A DNA stretch of 64,000 bases from a virus: IMG/VR virus record IMGVR_UViG_3300042879_003054; one strand, written 5' to 3'. The notes beneath the pieces are model-generated. The model saw only the letters and a program-made list of their open reading frames with translations, ran no database searches and was not told where the DNA came from. Shown one piece after another: positions 45,937-56,109 of the stretch. The position numbers and the translations under genes are program-made. Numbering within the stretch: the stretch's first letter is position 1; every line of letters begins with the position of its first letter.

Positions 45937-47480
45937 CTAAGATTCAAAAATAAATTATATTTACCAAAATAGTATAAAAACATATCTAAGGGGTGCTCAT
46001 GAAGGGGTGCCATATTGATCCAAATAATAGAACTCAATATTTCAATTGAACTATAATCAATTCCTTGATGTTCACAAAAATCTTTAAGCAATTCCTTACA
46101 TTCTATCATAGATTTCTTCATAAGAACATCGCACCGAATACCATCTGTAAAATCAATGGAATAAAGATTTTTAGATAAAATTTCGTGATTAAGAGTTAAA
46201 TTATGATTAAGTTTAGCAATATCATAATTCATATCACCAGCATCAATACTACCATTAAAATCTTGTCTCCAATCAATTAAAGTAATTTTATCATCGGTCA
46301 TAATGATATTATCCAGAATAAAATCACCATGAAACCCTGTCGGAACCTTACCCATTATTGAATAAAAATCAACTTCTTCAAGAAGTTTTTTCATAGGAGG
46401 AACAATACATCCATTAATGCAATCGTAATCATCAATAAGATTATATTTTTCCAAAAACTTTTCTAATCTCAAAATTGTCTTATCTTTATAAAAATAAAAA
46501 GCATTATTTTCATAGTTCAAATCTTCTTTTTGTGTCCAAAGATTATCAATGGACCAAAAGAGTAAATTAGAAAATTTTTGCAAATTTACTACATCAGAAA
46601 GAAGATTTCCTTTTACATATTCATACTTATAAAAGTTTTCGGTGCTTCCAAGTAAATTTGGAACTAGACCTTTGAGATTTTTTGTTCGCAATACTCTATC
46701 ATAGCACACTTTTTTATTATAAAAAAACTTAATCACAAAGTCATCGAATATAAAAATATTTTCATCCTCTTTATCAAGAACATGAATGGTTCCTTTAATC
46801 TTTGAACGAGTTCTTCTTAGAGAATCAATGTTCCCAATATCATACCATTCATCAATTTTAATCACCAAAAAATCATTCATTTTACGAATGACATGACAAT
46901 CACTTAAGTCACTAGTTTTTATAGTTTGGAGAATTGTTTTACAAGTATTCCAAAAAATTTCATACTGTTTAATACCAGAAACACCAACATAAACAAAATC
47001 AAAGTTCTGTTCACCCTTTTCGTTGATCGATGCAATTTTTCCATTTAAACAGTTGATGGTTCTATAAGATTGACTATTATCACCAACTCCACCAATAGAC
47101 CAATTTGTTAAAAAATCCATATCTTCAATATAGTTTTTTGGAAGAATCGTATCACAAGCATGAAAAATAAAAGGGCATTGTAAATATTCTTCACACAAAG
47201 ACATAGAATAGAGGAGACTACTTCCTTCACCAGTATAATTATCAACCTCCACAAACTGAATTTTCCTATCAGAGTGTGTTAATGACAAATACTGCTTTAC
47301 ATGAGATCCATAGTGACCCAACGTCACAACGAACTCAACATGATCAGGATAAGACTCAATGATGTGAGAGATAACTGGTTTATCACCAACTCTAACTAGA
47401 CTTTTATTTGTAAACTTAGTTAGATTGCCAAGTCTAGAACCAAGACCACTAGTTGTAAGTAAAACTTTATAGTCTACCAT
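45933..47480 (-). CDS. Nucleotidyltransferase-phosphotransferase fusion
   Basis: SGLGSRL..NKSL and WYDIG (NTP transferase); HGDF..DN..IDWR (APH/choline kinase fold). Confidence 0.8.
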   Translation of the reverse strand: MVDYKVLLTTSGLGSRLGNLTKFTNKSLVRVGDKPVISHIIESYPDHVEFVVTLGHYGSHVKQYLSLTHSDRKIQFVEVDNYTGEGSSLLYSMSLCEEYLQCPFIFHACDTILPKNYIEDMDFLTNWSIGGVGDNSQSYRTINCLNGKIASINEKGEQNFDFVYVGVSGIKQYEIFWNTCKTILQTIKTSDLSDCHVIRKMNDFLVIKIDEWYDIGNIDSLRRTRSKIKGTIHVLDKEDENIFIFDDFVIKFFYNKKVCYDRVLRTKNLKGLVPNLLGSTENFYKYEYVKGNLLSDVVNLQKFSNLLFWSIDNLWTQKEDLNYENNAFYFYKDKTILRLEKFLEKYNLIDDYDCINGCIVPPMKKLLEEVDFYSIMGKVPTGFHGDFILDNIIMTDDKITLIDWRQDFNGSIDAGDMNYDIAKLNHNLTLNHEILSKNLYSIDFTDGIRCDVLMKKSMIECKELLKDFCEHQGIDYSSIEILSSIIWINMAPLHEHPLDMFLYYFGKYNLFLNLR

Positions 47481-47811
47481 ATTTGTCTTCCAATCTTACA
47501 ATGTCATCTTCACCAAAGTATTCACCAAGTTGAACTTCAATAAAAATTAAGTCAGCATCACCAATATTTGTCATTTGATGTTTTGATTCTTTTGGTATAA
47601 AAACAACGTCACCTTCTCTATAATAATAAACCTCATCATCTATTTTAACCTTACCAGTTCCTTTAACTAAAACCCATATTTCACTTCTTTTAAAGTGATA
47701 TTGATAACTGGGGGATTCTCCTGGATTAATGACAATTTTTTTAACTTTAGTATAATCTTCATCCATCAGGTTCTTATATGAACCCCAAGGTTTTAAAATA
47801 GTATTATTCAT
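47467..47811 (-). CDS. Cupin, mannose-6-phosphate isomerase type II C-terminal-like
   Basis: KPWG, SYQYHFKRSE, IEVQLGEYFGEDDIVRLEDKYGR. Confidence 0.88.
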   Translation of the reverse strand: MNNTILKPWGSYKNLMDEDYTKVKKIVINPGESPSYQYHFKRSEIWVLVKGTGKVKIDDEVYYYREGDVVFIPKESKHQMTNIGDADLIFIEVQLGEYFGEDDIVRLEDKYGRL

Positions 47812-48590
47812 TATCTAGGTCCATATATTTCATCCCTATCACAAGAAGTGTATTCTGTATGGGATGAATATTTAAACCCATAAAACTTTGAGTTTTCATC
47901 AAATACATCTTCAATATTATATTCCTTCCCATTATGCCCATTAGGAACAAACATAATTCTAGCAAGTCTCCATACAGGAAGATTGTATGCCCCCTCATCA
48001 CCAGATTTATGAGGATACATGCCATGATATCTAATTCCTTTTTCAAGAAATCTATAAACCATATGATGAGTTATACATAAATTTTTATTTTTATTGTATA
48101 TTTCCAATGCCAAATCCAACAAATCACCACTAATTACAATAAAACAATCATCATTTCTTTGAGGAACAGAAATTGAATTTTTTGGAAGAAATATTTTAGA
48201 AAAATCTTCAAATATTACGATATCAAATCTAGTCAAAATAATATAATCATATTTTATATTATTTTTTTCTTGATATTTTTTAATCTGAATCAAAGAATCA
48301 ATAATTATTTGTGTTACATTAGACCAATTATATTTTTTAATTTTTTCATTAAACTCAGAAATTCGGACATCAACTGGCTTTAACTTATCAATATATTCAT
48401 TTAATTTTTTAGAGTCATAAGTATTGAAAAAAATATCTACTTCATTTCCTTCATTAAATAAAGGATTAATTAAATTTTTTTCATTATATAAAATACAATC
48501 AGAAAAATCTACAGTATAAGGATCAATTCCTGCTTCATTAAAATAATTTTCTCTATAGCTTATTCCTCTATAGCAAATTGCGTATTTCAT
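47811..48590 (-). CDS. Hypothetical glycan-modifying protein
   Basis: YDYIILTRFD motif; island context. Confidence 0.5.
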   Translation of the reverse strand: MKYAICYRGISYRENYFNEAGIDPYTVDFSDCILYNEKNLINPLFNEGNEVDIFFNTYDSKKLNEYIDKLKPVDVRISEFNEKIKKYNWSNVTQIIIDSLIQIKKYQEKNNIKYDYIILTRFDIVIFEDFSKIFLPKNSISVPQRNDDCFIVISGDLLDLALEIYNKNKNLCITHHMVYRFLEKGIRYHGMYPHKSGDEGAYNLPVWRLARIMFVPNGHNGKEYNIEDVFDENSKFYGFKYSSHTEYTSCDRDEIYGPR

Positions 48591-49279
48591 AGTACCAAAT
48601 CATCATCTTCATAGATCTCAAAAATTCTATTTGAACCATATCTATTGTCTAACATTTGATCCGGAAAAACAAATTCATAATTAAAATCATTTTCCCACAT
48701 AAAAGCAATTTCAGTATGAATTGCATCACCCCAATTGACATTATCCATATCAATATAATCAAAAAAGTTCATTTTTGGATATCCAATTAAAATATTATTT
48801 TTTATTGAGTATATCCATCTATGGTGATGGTATCCCTTATATGATATTCCTTCCTTTCCCTCAAATCTAGTTTGTTCTGCATATTTAGATGGCATACTAA
48901 TAAAACCTGCTTTTCCGATTTTATTAATCATTTTACAAGCAATTAAAGGATTATTCAAATCTTCAAGAGTATGCGAACAAATAACAAAATCAAATTTTCC
49001 ATTTTTTTCAACATCTTCTAAAATTTCGTTCCACTCCAAAGAATCCTCAATATTTACACGAAAAACTTTTATATCTTTTTCATTAAACTTTTCAATATAT
49101 TTTGGGTCTGTAAAAATATCTGCAATATGTGTTAACCAATCAATTGCCCAAGGACTTGCTGCTGCACCAACATCAAGTATTCTATAATTCCTTTCTTCTT
49201 TGTTGAAATTTTTTTCAAAATATTCAAATGCCCATTCATAATGAGCGTTCATTTTACCAATTCCTTTTTTAATCATCAT
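48587..49279 (-). CDS. Class I SAM methyltransferase-like protein
   Basis: ILDVGA, FDFVICSHTLED. Confidence 0.7.
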   Translation of the reverse strand: MMIKKGIGKMNAHYEWAFEYFEKNFNKEERNYRILDVGAAASPWAIDWLTHIADIFTDPKYIEKFNEKDIKVFRVNIEDSLEWNEILEDVEKNGKFDFVICSHTLEDLNNPLIACKMINKIGKAGFISMPSKYAEQTRFEGKEGISYKGYHHHRWIYSIKNNILIGYPKMNFFDYIDMDNVNWGDAIHTEIAFMWENDFNYEFVFPDQMLDNRYGSNRIFEIYEDDDLVL

Positions 49280-49300
49280 AGTTTTTTCCGATAAATTTAT

Positions 49301-50053
49301 TCAATTAAACCACTCCTTTCTCCATTGCTGACCACCAGCAAAATGACGAATAATGACATCCTCTTTATTCACCTTATTTATTAGAAACTCACAGGATGAT
49401 TCTCCCTCCATTTCTGTCACGTTCCAATCAGTTGGCAGTATTTCCACATTTTCATACAGTTCATCTAAAGAGTAAACAGTCCATTCTGTTTTATCTGAAT
49501 GCCAACCACAATCAGATAAATCCCAAAACGGTGTATCAGAATGTCTTTTAATTCCCGCAAGAGAATACCAAGATGCTTGTTCACGAAACTCATGCCAAAA
49601 ACTATTAATATATCCAAATCTTTCGTGACGACTCACCGCATCATTTAATGCCTTATATCTTTCCTCGGATAAAATATTTGCTACCAATTGACGAGACCAA
49701 TCATTAACTTTAATGGAATATGATCCCATACAATGAGTATTCCCAGAGTCTATTGCATAGGAAAATGATTTAGTAGTTTCATAAGGAATATCTGTTTTCA
49801 CAACGCACATATCGGCATCAATATGTGTTACAATGTCTCCATCTTTAATATATTCCTCTTCAAGCATTTGCTCAAGAACAGTAAATTTTAACCAAGTATA
49901 ATTTCCACGATACTTGTATAAATTTTCTTTTAATTCAAGATACTCAAATCCATGTTTATCTGCATATTCTTGATTTCTTGGAGACATATAAGTGTCAAAA
50001 AATTGTTGCCTCTGATCTTTATAATCTGCAAACACTAATAAAATTTTTTTCAT
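49301..50053 (-). CDS. GT34-like glycosyltransferase
   Basis: YADKHG, WLK, DAD, EQ and HFAG motifs. Confidence 0.65.
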   Translation of the reverse strand: MKKILLVFADYKDQRQQFFDTYMSPRNQEYADKHGFEYLELKENLYKYRGNYTWLKFTVLEQMLEEEYIKDGDIVTHIDADMCVVKTDIPYETTKSFSYAIDSGNTHCMGSYSIKVNDWSRQLVANILSEERYKALNDAVSRHERFGYINSFWHEFREQASWYSLAGIKRHSDTPFWDLSDCGWHSDKTEWTVYSLDELYENVEILPTDWNVTEMEGESSCEFLINKVNKEDVIIRHFAGGQQWRKEWFN

Positions 50054-50907
50054 TTGATTCTTTTTATAATATTATTAAACATACCTTCAAGTGAAAAATA
50101 TTCATCATAAACTTTTTTACCATTTTCCAATAAGTCATTATATTCTACATCAGAAATGGATTTTAGTATAGCATCAATATCTTCAATCTCATCTTCATTT
50201 ACTGGAACACAAAAATCATTCCAATCTAGTTCATCTATCCAAGGAAGATAATGAACATCTGAAATATAAACTGGAACAGTTCCCAGTTGAAGAATTTCAT
50301 ACATTCTAAAACTACTCTTCCCATAACCTCTTGGAGCAAGTCCAAATTTGCTGGAGCAGGTTATGTCCAGAAACTTCTTAAAGTTGTCCATAGGGACTGT
50401 CGTAGACCAGTTTCCAGCAGAAATCTCATACCCTTCCTTTCCAGATAAATGATTACACATATCCATACGAATAGGATGAGTATTTCTAGAACCAACAAAA
50501 GAAGCAAGAATAGTTTTTTCTTTATTTGGAATTAATTCTTTTGGAATAGAACCACAAATCAAAGGAATAGGAATAATATTATCACCTTCACGATTACCAC
50601 CAGCAGAAAAAATTAAAGTATCCTCTGGAAATTTTTCAAAAGGTCCATCATCAAATTGAGATACTGTAAAATATTTTCCATCTTTATTCAAAACAGAATC
50701 CAATTCTTCTTGAATATTATGATATTGCTGCCCTGCAAACATTGAATTGCAAAAATTATTCGTCCAGAAGACATCAATATATTCTCTATCCGATTGAATA
50801 TTTTCCTCATTCCATCTTTTAAAGAAATATTCCTCAAGATATTCTCCAGTATGATAAGGGGGATATGTGGGTGATATTGATGCTGGTCTTAATGCATCAT
50901 TATTCAT
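50050..50907 (-). CDS. Exostosin (GT47)-like glycosyltransferase
   Basis: SKFGLAPRGYG.SSFRMYE...VPVYISD...LPW. Confidence 0.85.
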   Translation of the reverse strand: MNNDALRPASISPTYPPYHTGEYLEEYFFKRWNEENIQSDREYIDVFWTNNFCNSMFAGQQYHNIQEELDSVLNKDGKYFTVSQFDDGPFEKFPEDTLIFSAGGNREGDNIIPIPLICGSIPKELIPNKEKTILASFVGSRNTHPIRMDMCNHLSGKEGYEISAGNWSTTVPMDNFKKFLDITCSSKFGLAPRGYGKSSFRMYEILQLGTVPVYISDVHYLPWIDELDWNDFCVPVNEDEIEDIDAILKSISDVEYNDLLENGKKVYDEYFSLEGMFNNIIKRIK

Positions 50908-51569
50908 AAGAACCATAATTTTTCCTCCTTAAACTTTTCAATTTTAGTGCCTACACCAACCATCCAATTATTATGAACAATAAAAGCATTTTTCTTTTTT
51001 CCTTCAGTATAATATGCATACCCATTTGGAAACAAGTCACGATTTAGGATAGCAATATTTTCTGGATATTTGTTAATTGCTACATCATTAATAATTAGTT
51101 GATCGTCCTGCCCCTCAGAAGAAGCACAATCGTTTATCATCTGTTCACATTCTTTACTTTCATTGAAAACCATAAATCCAGAACACAAAGTAGATCCAGG
51201 AGAATCTCCCTGAAAAAGAACTTCTTCGTGTCCTGAGATATATTCAGTCGGATTTTCAACAAATACAATATCAGTATCAACCCAACATAAGTTTTTGTGT
51301 TCTTGATAAATTTTTTGAATGATGCTCCATTTATTTTTTACAATATTTCTAAAACCACTATTTTCATCAAAAGTCCAATTTTGATATTCAACTACTGGTT
51401 GATCAGCATAAAGAAAAGCATTTTTATATTCATTTAGATTTTCATATGCATTACTATCTAAACAAGCAATATAAAAATCATTTACATCAATTCCTACTCT
51501 TTCTGCAGAAATTAACATATTTTTGCAAATGTCTATGCATCCACTATTCAAGAATGTTAAAAATTTCAT
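50904..51569 (-). CDS. GT77-like nucleotide-diphospho-sugar transferase
   Basis: DTDIVF..NP, CSGF, DDQ, FPNG, VHNNW..K motifs. Confidence 0.78.
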   Translation of the reverse strand: MKFLTFLNSGCIDICKNMLISAERVGIDVNDFYIACLDSNAYENLNEYKNAFLYADQPVVEYQNWTFDENSGFRNIVKNKWSIIQKIYQEHKNLCWVDTDIVFVENPTEYISGHEEVLFQGDSPGSTLCSGFMVFNESKECEQMINDCASSEGQDDQLIINDVAINKYPENIAILNRDLFPNGYAYYTEGKKKNAFIVHNNWMVGVGTKIEKFKEEKLWFL

Positions 51570-52363
51570 TTATTTAATATTTCATTCAAAGATAAGTTTT
51601 TTCCCACATCTTTCCACCAATTTAAAACTTTATGATAAGATTCAATATGATGACCTTTATGTGTTTCTTTATATAGTCCAGTATCTTCTCCCCAATATTT
51701 TGATTTTCTATCAAAAAACGTAGTAGTAAATTTTATTTCTTCTACGAATAAAGGAAGAACATAAACATTATATTCTAAATTTTGACTATCTACAACACTT
51801 TTTGGTGAATAATAAATCAAATGTTCTGCCAAAGGAACCCAACCATTATTATTCGGAAACTCCAAAAGAAATTTATCTTCTTTTATAAAAGTATCAATTA
51901 AAACTTTTGCAAACCTTCTTGTGACAATATAAGCACCAACAGAAAAATCATCCCAAGTTCTTCTTCTCAATCTAATATCATCAGAATTTTCACTTGCACA
52001 CATTAATTGAATACAATCCCAATCTTTTGGTAGATTTTCAATAAATTCTTCCCAAGTAAAATTCCAATATTGAATAGTTTCTAAACTCAGATCATCTTCA
52101 CAAAAGAAACCATAAGGTTCATTAGTATTATTATACCAATAATTTATCATTCTAAGATGTGAAGTTATTGCTCCCTTTGTTCCATCATCAAGATAAAATA
52201 CTTTAGAACCTTCAATTATATCATTTGTATTTTCAAATCTATCTGATAAAAGAAATTGAAATGATTGAATATTATTTTCTAAAAATTGTCTTTTGATATT
52301 TTCTTGACGGTCTTTGCTTTCTTTTAAACTTGCACAATAAATGTTTGGAAAATTACTGTCCAT
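51566..52363 (-). CDS. GT25-like glycosyltransferase
   Basis: [26 protein letters not shown]. Confidence 0.7.
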   Translation of the reverse strand: MDSNFPNIYCASLKESKDRQENIKRQFLENNIQSFQFLLSDRFENTNDIIEGSKVFYLDDGTKGAITSHLRMINYWYNNTNEPYGFFCEDDLSLETIQYWNFTWEEFIENLPKDWDCIQLMCASENSDDIRLRRRTWDDFSVGAYIVTRRFAKVLIDTFIKEDKFLLEFPNNNGWVPLAEHLIYYSPKSVVDSQNLEYNVYVLPLFVEEIKFTTTFFDRKSKYWGEDTGLYKETHKGHHIESYHKVLNWWKDVGKNLSLNEILNK

Positions 52364-53354
52364 GAATACACATATCCTCAACTAATTGCTCAAAAGAAAT
52401 TTTAGGTTCCCAACCTAATTTTTCCTTTGCTTTTGTAGCATCACCCAATAAAGTCTCTACTTCAGTCGGTCTAAAATATTTAGAATCAACACGAATGATT
52501 GGTTTTCCACTAAACTTTTCAACTCCAACTTCATCCAATCCTTCACCTTTCCATTCAATATGAAGACCAAAATAAGGACCGGCAGCATTTACAAATTCTT
52601 TAACTGAATATTGTTTCCCTGTTGCAATTACATAATCATCAGGGTTATCTTGCTGAAGCATTAACCACATTGCTTCCACAAAATCTTTTGCATGTCCCCA
52701 ATCTCTTTTAGCATTTAAATTACCAAGATATAAACAATCTTGAAGTCCGACAGAAATTTTAGATAATGCTTTTACAATTTTTCTTGTAACAAATGTCTCA
52801 CCCCTGCGAGGAGATTCATGATTAAAAAGAATCCCCGTGCAAGCATACATTCCATATGCTTCACGATAATTTTTAGTAATCCAATACCCATAAACCTTAG
52901 CACATCCATAAGGAGAACGAGGATAGAATGGTGTGGTTTCTTTCTGTGGAATCTCTTGAACCATCCCAAACATCTCTGAGGTGGATGCTTGATAGATACG
53001 AACATTACCTTCCATTCCAAGCAAACGAACTGCTTCAAGAACACGGAGTGTTCCCAATGCATCTGTTTGTCCTGTATACTCAGGCATCTCAAAAGAAACC
53101 TTTACATGACTCTGAGCACCAAGATTGTAAATTTCATCAGGTTGAACCTGCTGAATAACTCTTACTAAGTTAGTAGAGTCGGTGAGGTCTCCGTAATGTA
53201 GTTTAATGCTGTTGTAAATATGATCAATTCTATGAGTATTAATAAGAGAAGACCTCCTAATAATGCCATGAACTTCATATCCTTTTCCTAAAAGTAATTC
53301 AGCAAGATAAGAACCATCCTGCCCAGTAATGCCAGTGATTAATGCTATTTTCAT
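52353..53354 (-). CDS. gmd: GDP-mannose 4,6-dehydratase
   Basis: [45 protein letters not shown]. Confidence 0.97.
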   Translation of the reverse strand: MKIALITGITGQDGSYLAELLLGKGYEVHGIIRRSSLINTHRIDHIYNSIKLHYGDLTDSTNLVRVIQQVQPDEIYNLGAQSHVKVSFEMPEYTGQTDALGTLRVLEAVRLLGMEGNVRIYQASTSEMFGMVQEIPQKETTPFYPRSPYGCAKVYGYWITKNYREAYGMYACTGILFNHESPRRGETFVTRKIVKALSKISVGLQDCLYLGNLNAKRDWGHAKDFVEAMWLMLQQDNPDDYVIATGKQYSVKEFVNAAGPYFGLHIEWKGEGLDEVGVEKFSGKPIIRVDSKYFRPTEVETLLGDATKAKEKLGWEPKISFEQLVEDMCIHGQ

Positions 53355-53364
53355 GAAAAAAATA

Positions 53365-53487
53365 TTACTTTTTAGGTGATCTATGAATTATCATTATACC
53401 AATAATCGGAGCAATAGTCAAACCTGCTCCACAAAGTCCTAACCATATTGGACTTGCAGCAAGTGCTTCTATGATATGAAAAATCAT
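53365..53487 (-). CDS. Small membrane peptide (40 aa)
   Basis: Hand translation [40 protein letters not shown]. Confidence 0.5.
   Translation of the reverse strand: MIFHIIEALAASPIWLGLCGAGLTIAPIIGIMIIHRSPKK
53393..53421 (-). promoter_or_regulatory. sigma70-type promoter heading the glycan island
   Basis: TTGACT-17-TATAAT, ~40 nt upstream of gmd, inside a small ORF. Confidence 0.7.
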
Positions 53488-53588
53488 TGTGGATATGCGT
53501 GATTGAGTGCCCAAACAATGAATAGTCCGATTATACCAAAAATAATCATTGCTGAAAATATTGTGCTACTCATATTTTCCTTTTCCAT
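53484..53588 (-). CDS. Small membrane peptide (34 aa)
   Basis: [34 protein letters not shown]. Confidence 0.5.
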   Translation of the reverse strand: MEKENMSSTIFSAMIIFGIIGLFIVWALNHAYPQ

Positions 53589-53597
53589 ATAAAAAGA

Positions 53598-53801
53598 TTA
53601 GTTTAGAGTAATTTTAAGAAATGGAAGTAATGGTGGAATAACACCAATCAACCTTAAAAGTCCCTCAGCAAATAGAGCAAGAACCACCCAACCGACGCAC
53701 ATACTAATGATAGAAGCATTACGGTTGTGTCTTCGTATAGAAGCATCGATCATCTCCTGAACTTCTGTGCGTGTAATAAACTCTTCTTGCTCATACATCA
53801 T
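53598..53801 (-). CDS. Small membrane protein
   Basis: EVQEMIDASIRRHNRNA followed by a TM segment. Confidence 0.65.
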   Translation of the reverse strand: MMYEQEEFITRTEVQEMIDASIRRHNRNASIISMCVGWVVLALFAEGLLRLIGVIPPLLPFLKITLN

Positions 53802-53947
53802 TTTTCATCACCAAGAAACTTTGCCAGAGGATCTCTTCTGGTCTTTACAATTTCAACTGCCCTCTTGTAGAACATATTGTCAGTATTGCCAGAAGATTCA
53901 AAAGTTTCCTTAATCTTCACCCAATTATCATAGGTGTGCTGATCCAT
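53798..53947 (-). CDS. Conserved cyanophage hypothetical protein (49 aa)
   Basis: MDQHTYDNWVKIKETFESSGNTDNMFYKRA... Confidence 0.6.
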   Translation of the reverse strand: MDQHTYDNWVKIKETFESSGNTDNMFYKRAVEIVKTRRDPLAKFLGDEK

Positions 53948-54061
53948 AGGGTTTTAAGTTGAATATTATTAGTTATAATAATCAGCACATTATGGTTGTC
54001 AAGTTTGTGTTGATTACCAAACAGACATTAAAAAAATGTAAAGTATTTTACAAAACTTATA

Positions 54062-54319
54062 TCAACGAACTTCAAAATCCAATCGTCCTACTTTCCTTTG
54101 ACGACGTGCTTCTTGCCAAGCAATGTCTTCATTTGTCAATACATTATTTTTTTCTTTGGTGTGAAAAAAATTCAGCATTACTATATTAGATAAATCTAAT
54201 GCTGTAATGACTCCACCACGAATAGTTGCCATATTTGGACAACCACAAGTTATAGTTTTTATTGGATGCCCTTCCAATTCTTTTCCACAAGAACGACATC
54301 TAATTTTTATATTTTCCAT
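54062..54319 (-). CDS. Zn-ribbon hypothetical protein
   Basis: CRSC...CGCPN. Confidence 0.65.
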   Translation of the reverse strand: MENIKIRCRSCGKELEGHPIKTITCGCPNMATIRGGVITALDLSNIVMLNFFHTKEKNNVLTNEDIAWQEARRQRKVGRLDFEVR

Positions 54320-54369
54320 ATTCCAATCCTATAAATAAATTTCAAAATATTTTACTTATTTATACTAGT

Positions 54370-54399
54370 TAAAAAAAACCACCCCAGAAAGGGGTGGTT
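54370..54399 (-). terminator. Terminator after the porin gene
   Basis: AACCACCCC-TTTCT-GGGGTGGTTTTTTTT. Confidence 0.85.
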
Positions 54400-54421
54400 C
54401 CAATCATCTTATGAGTACTTA

Positions 54422-55924
54422 TCAAAACCTAAAAGTCGTCTGAATCACACCACCATAGTTATCTGAAGCATTCTTGAGTCCTTGATTGTTGGAAACATAA
54501 AACACAGCAGGAGTGATGCTAATGTTATCGCTGACTTTGTAACGATAGAAAGCTTCCCACATCAGAGCCTTCTGACTATCAGTAAGTGAAGCAGCATTAC
54601 CAGGAGCACCGATGGCAAAACCAGCAGCATTTCCCTTAGCAAACACATCACTCCACTGAAGACCAGCAAACCAGGTCTGGGAGTTGGTAGCACCAGTAGG
54701 AGTTGTCTTACCAAGAGAATTCAGGCTAACATCATTCCAACCATAAGCACCTGAGATTGAAGGTACAATACCAGACTTCTTAGGTTGCCAGTAAGCATTG
54801 ATAGCATAGCTGTTGGAAGATTGACCAGAAGCAAGAGCACCAGAACCACCGTTAATAGCATTGAAGGTACGAACACGAGTGCCTTCGGTTCCATAACGAT
54901 AACCAAATGCAATACCATACTGAGGAGCACGATAACCAATCTGAGCAAGAGTGTTCAGAGCACCAGATTCATCAAATTCACCTTTGCTAGAATCAGAACC
55001 GTTCTGGGCAACATAGTTTACACCAGCAACAAAACCACCCTTACCTTTCTTGGTAGGTTGTGCCCACTGAGCACCGAAACCAGAACCAGTTGCCTTGTTG
55101 TAGACACCTGGAGCACCAGCAACAGCAAAGAAGTCCAGAATGTCAGACTTATAAGCAGTAGGAATCCAAGACATCTCAGTGTTACGAACCAGAGCACCAG
55201 CAGTCAGAGTCACACCTTTAGCAAGTGCAGGGAACTGATAGTACAGACGGTCAAGTTGTACTTGGTTAGAAGTACTTTCTGCCTTATCCAGTTTGAACAG
55301 AGACGAGGAAGAACTAAAGGGTTGACTGGAGAAATTACCAGAACGCAGACGAGTCTTCAGCAAATCCTTACCCGTGAAGGAAGTATCGAAGTTCAGACGA
55401 ACATCATAGTTGAATGCTGTGTTGCCAACGTTAGAATTATTAGCAAGACGAGCACCTTCTACACCACCAAGAACGAAGGTTGCTTCACCACGCAGTTTAG
55501 ATGTAGTGGAGAACTGAGTTGCTTGAAGTTGACCAACTTGTGCTTCCAGTTTATCAACACGACCACGAATAACTAGAAGTTCTTCAGAAAACTCTTTTGA
55601 AAGACGTTGGAGTTCATCAGTTACTTCGGTTACACGGTCAAGGCAAGCATTCAGAAGTGCTGCTGCCTCATAACGAGTCATTGCCTTACCACCACCATAA
55701 GTTCCGTTAGGATAACCAGCAACACAACCATAACGTTCTACGAGATTGCTGAGTGCCTGATATGCCCAATCGGAAGGTTGAACATCAGAGAATTGAGTGA
55801 CGCTTGTTGCCTGCTCAGAGGAGTATTGATTGACTGCTGCAATATTAAGGTCTGCGGCATTCGCAACAGCAGGAGCAATCATACCAAGAGCAACAGGTGC
55901 AAGCATCAGTTGTTTGATTTTCAT
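54422..55924 (-). CDS. Cyanobacterial SLH-domain outer-membrane porin (OprB/Som family)
   Basis: Signal peptide; FSDVQPSDWAYQAL..LVERYGCVAGYP (SLH); QFSTTSKLRGE; C-terminal TTFRF. Confidence 0.92.
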   Translation of the reverse strand: MKIKQLMLAPVALGMIAPAVANAADLNIAAVNQYSSEQATSVTQFSDVQPSDWAYQALSNLVERYGCVAGYPNGTYGGGKAMTRYEAAALLNACLDRVTEVTDELQRLSKEFSEELLVIRGRVDKLEAQVGQLQATQFSTTSKLRGEATFVLGGVEGARLANNSNVGNTAFNYDVRLNFDTSFTGKDLLKTRLRSGNFSSQPFSSSSSLFKLDKAESTSNQVQLDRLYYQFPALAKGVTLTAGALVRNTEMSWIPTAYKSDILDFFAVAGAPGVYNKATGSGFGAQWAQPTKKGKGGFVAGVNYVAQNGSDSSKGEFDESGALNTLAQIGYRAPQYGIAFGYRYGTEGTRVRTFNAINGGSGALASGQSSNSYAINAYWQPKKSGIVPSISGAYGWNDVSLNSLGKTTPTGATNSQTWFAGLQWSDVFAKGNAAGFAIGAPGNAASLTDSQKALMWEAFYRYKVSDNISITPAVFYVSNNQGLKNASDNYGGVIQTTFRF

Positions 55925-55995
55925 AAAAATGTTTTTTGTGTACTAAACGACATTGTGAAGATTTACAACAAAGCAAATCTTCGTTATTTATGCGT

Positions 55996-56066
55996 CTTAA
56001 GCAAATCTTAAGATGACCAACATCATAAATCAACTTTGGTATTATGTCAATTAAAATTTGTTTAAG
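55996..56066 (-). promoter_or_regulatory. Porin promoter with Pho-box-like 11-bp repeats
   Basis: TTGACA-17-TATGAT; YTTAA repeats 11 bp apart at 56049-56066 and 55996-56012. Confidence 0.55.
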
Positions 56067-56109
56067 AGGGGGAGATTTACATTGACTCCCCCCATATTAT
56101 TCTATTGTG

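Noticed and set aside
54785-55576. 263-aa plus-strand ORF antisense to the porin
   Set aside because: Shadow ORF caused by biased codon usage of the porin gene; no motifs or RBS.
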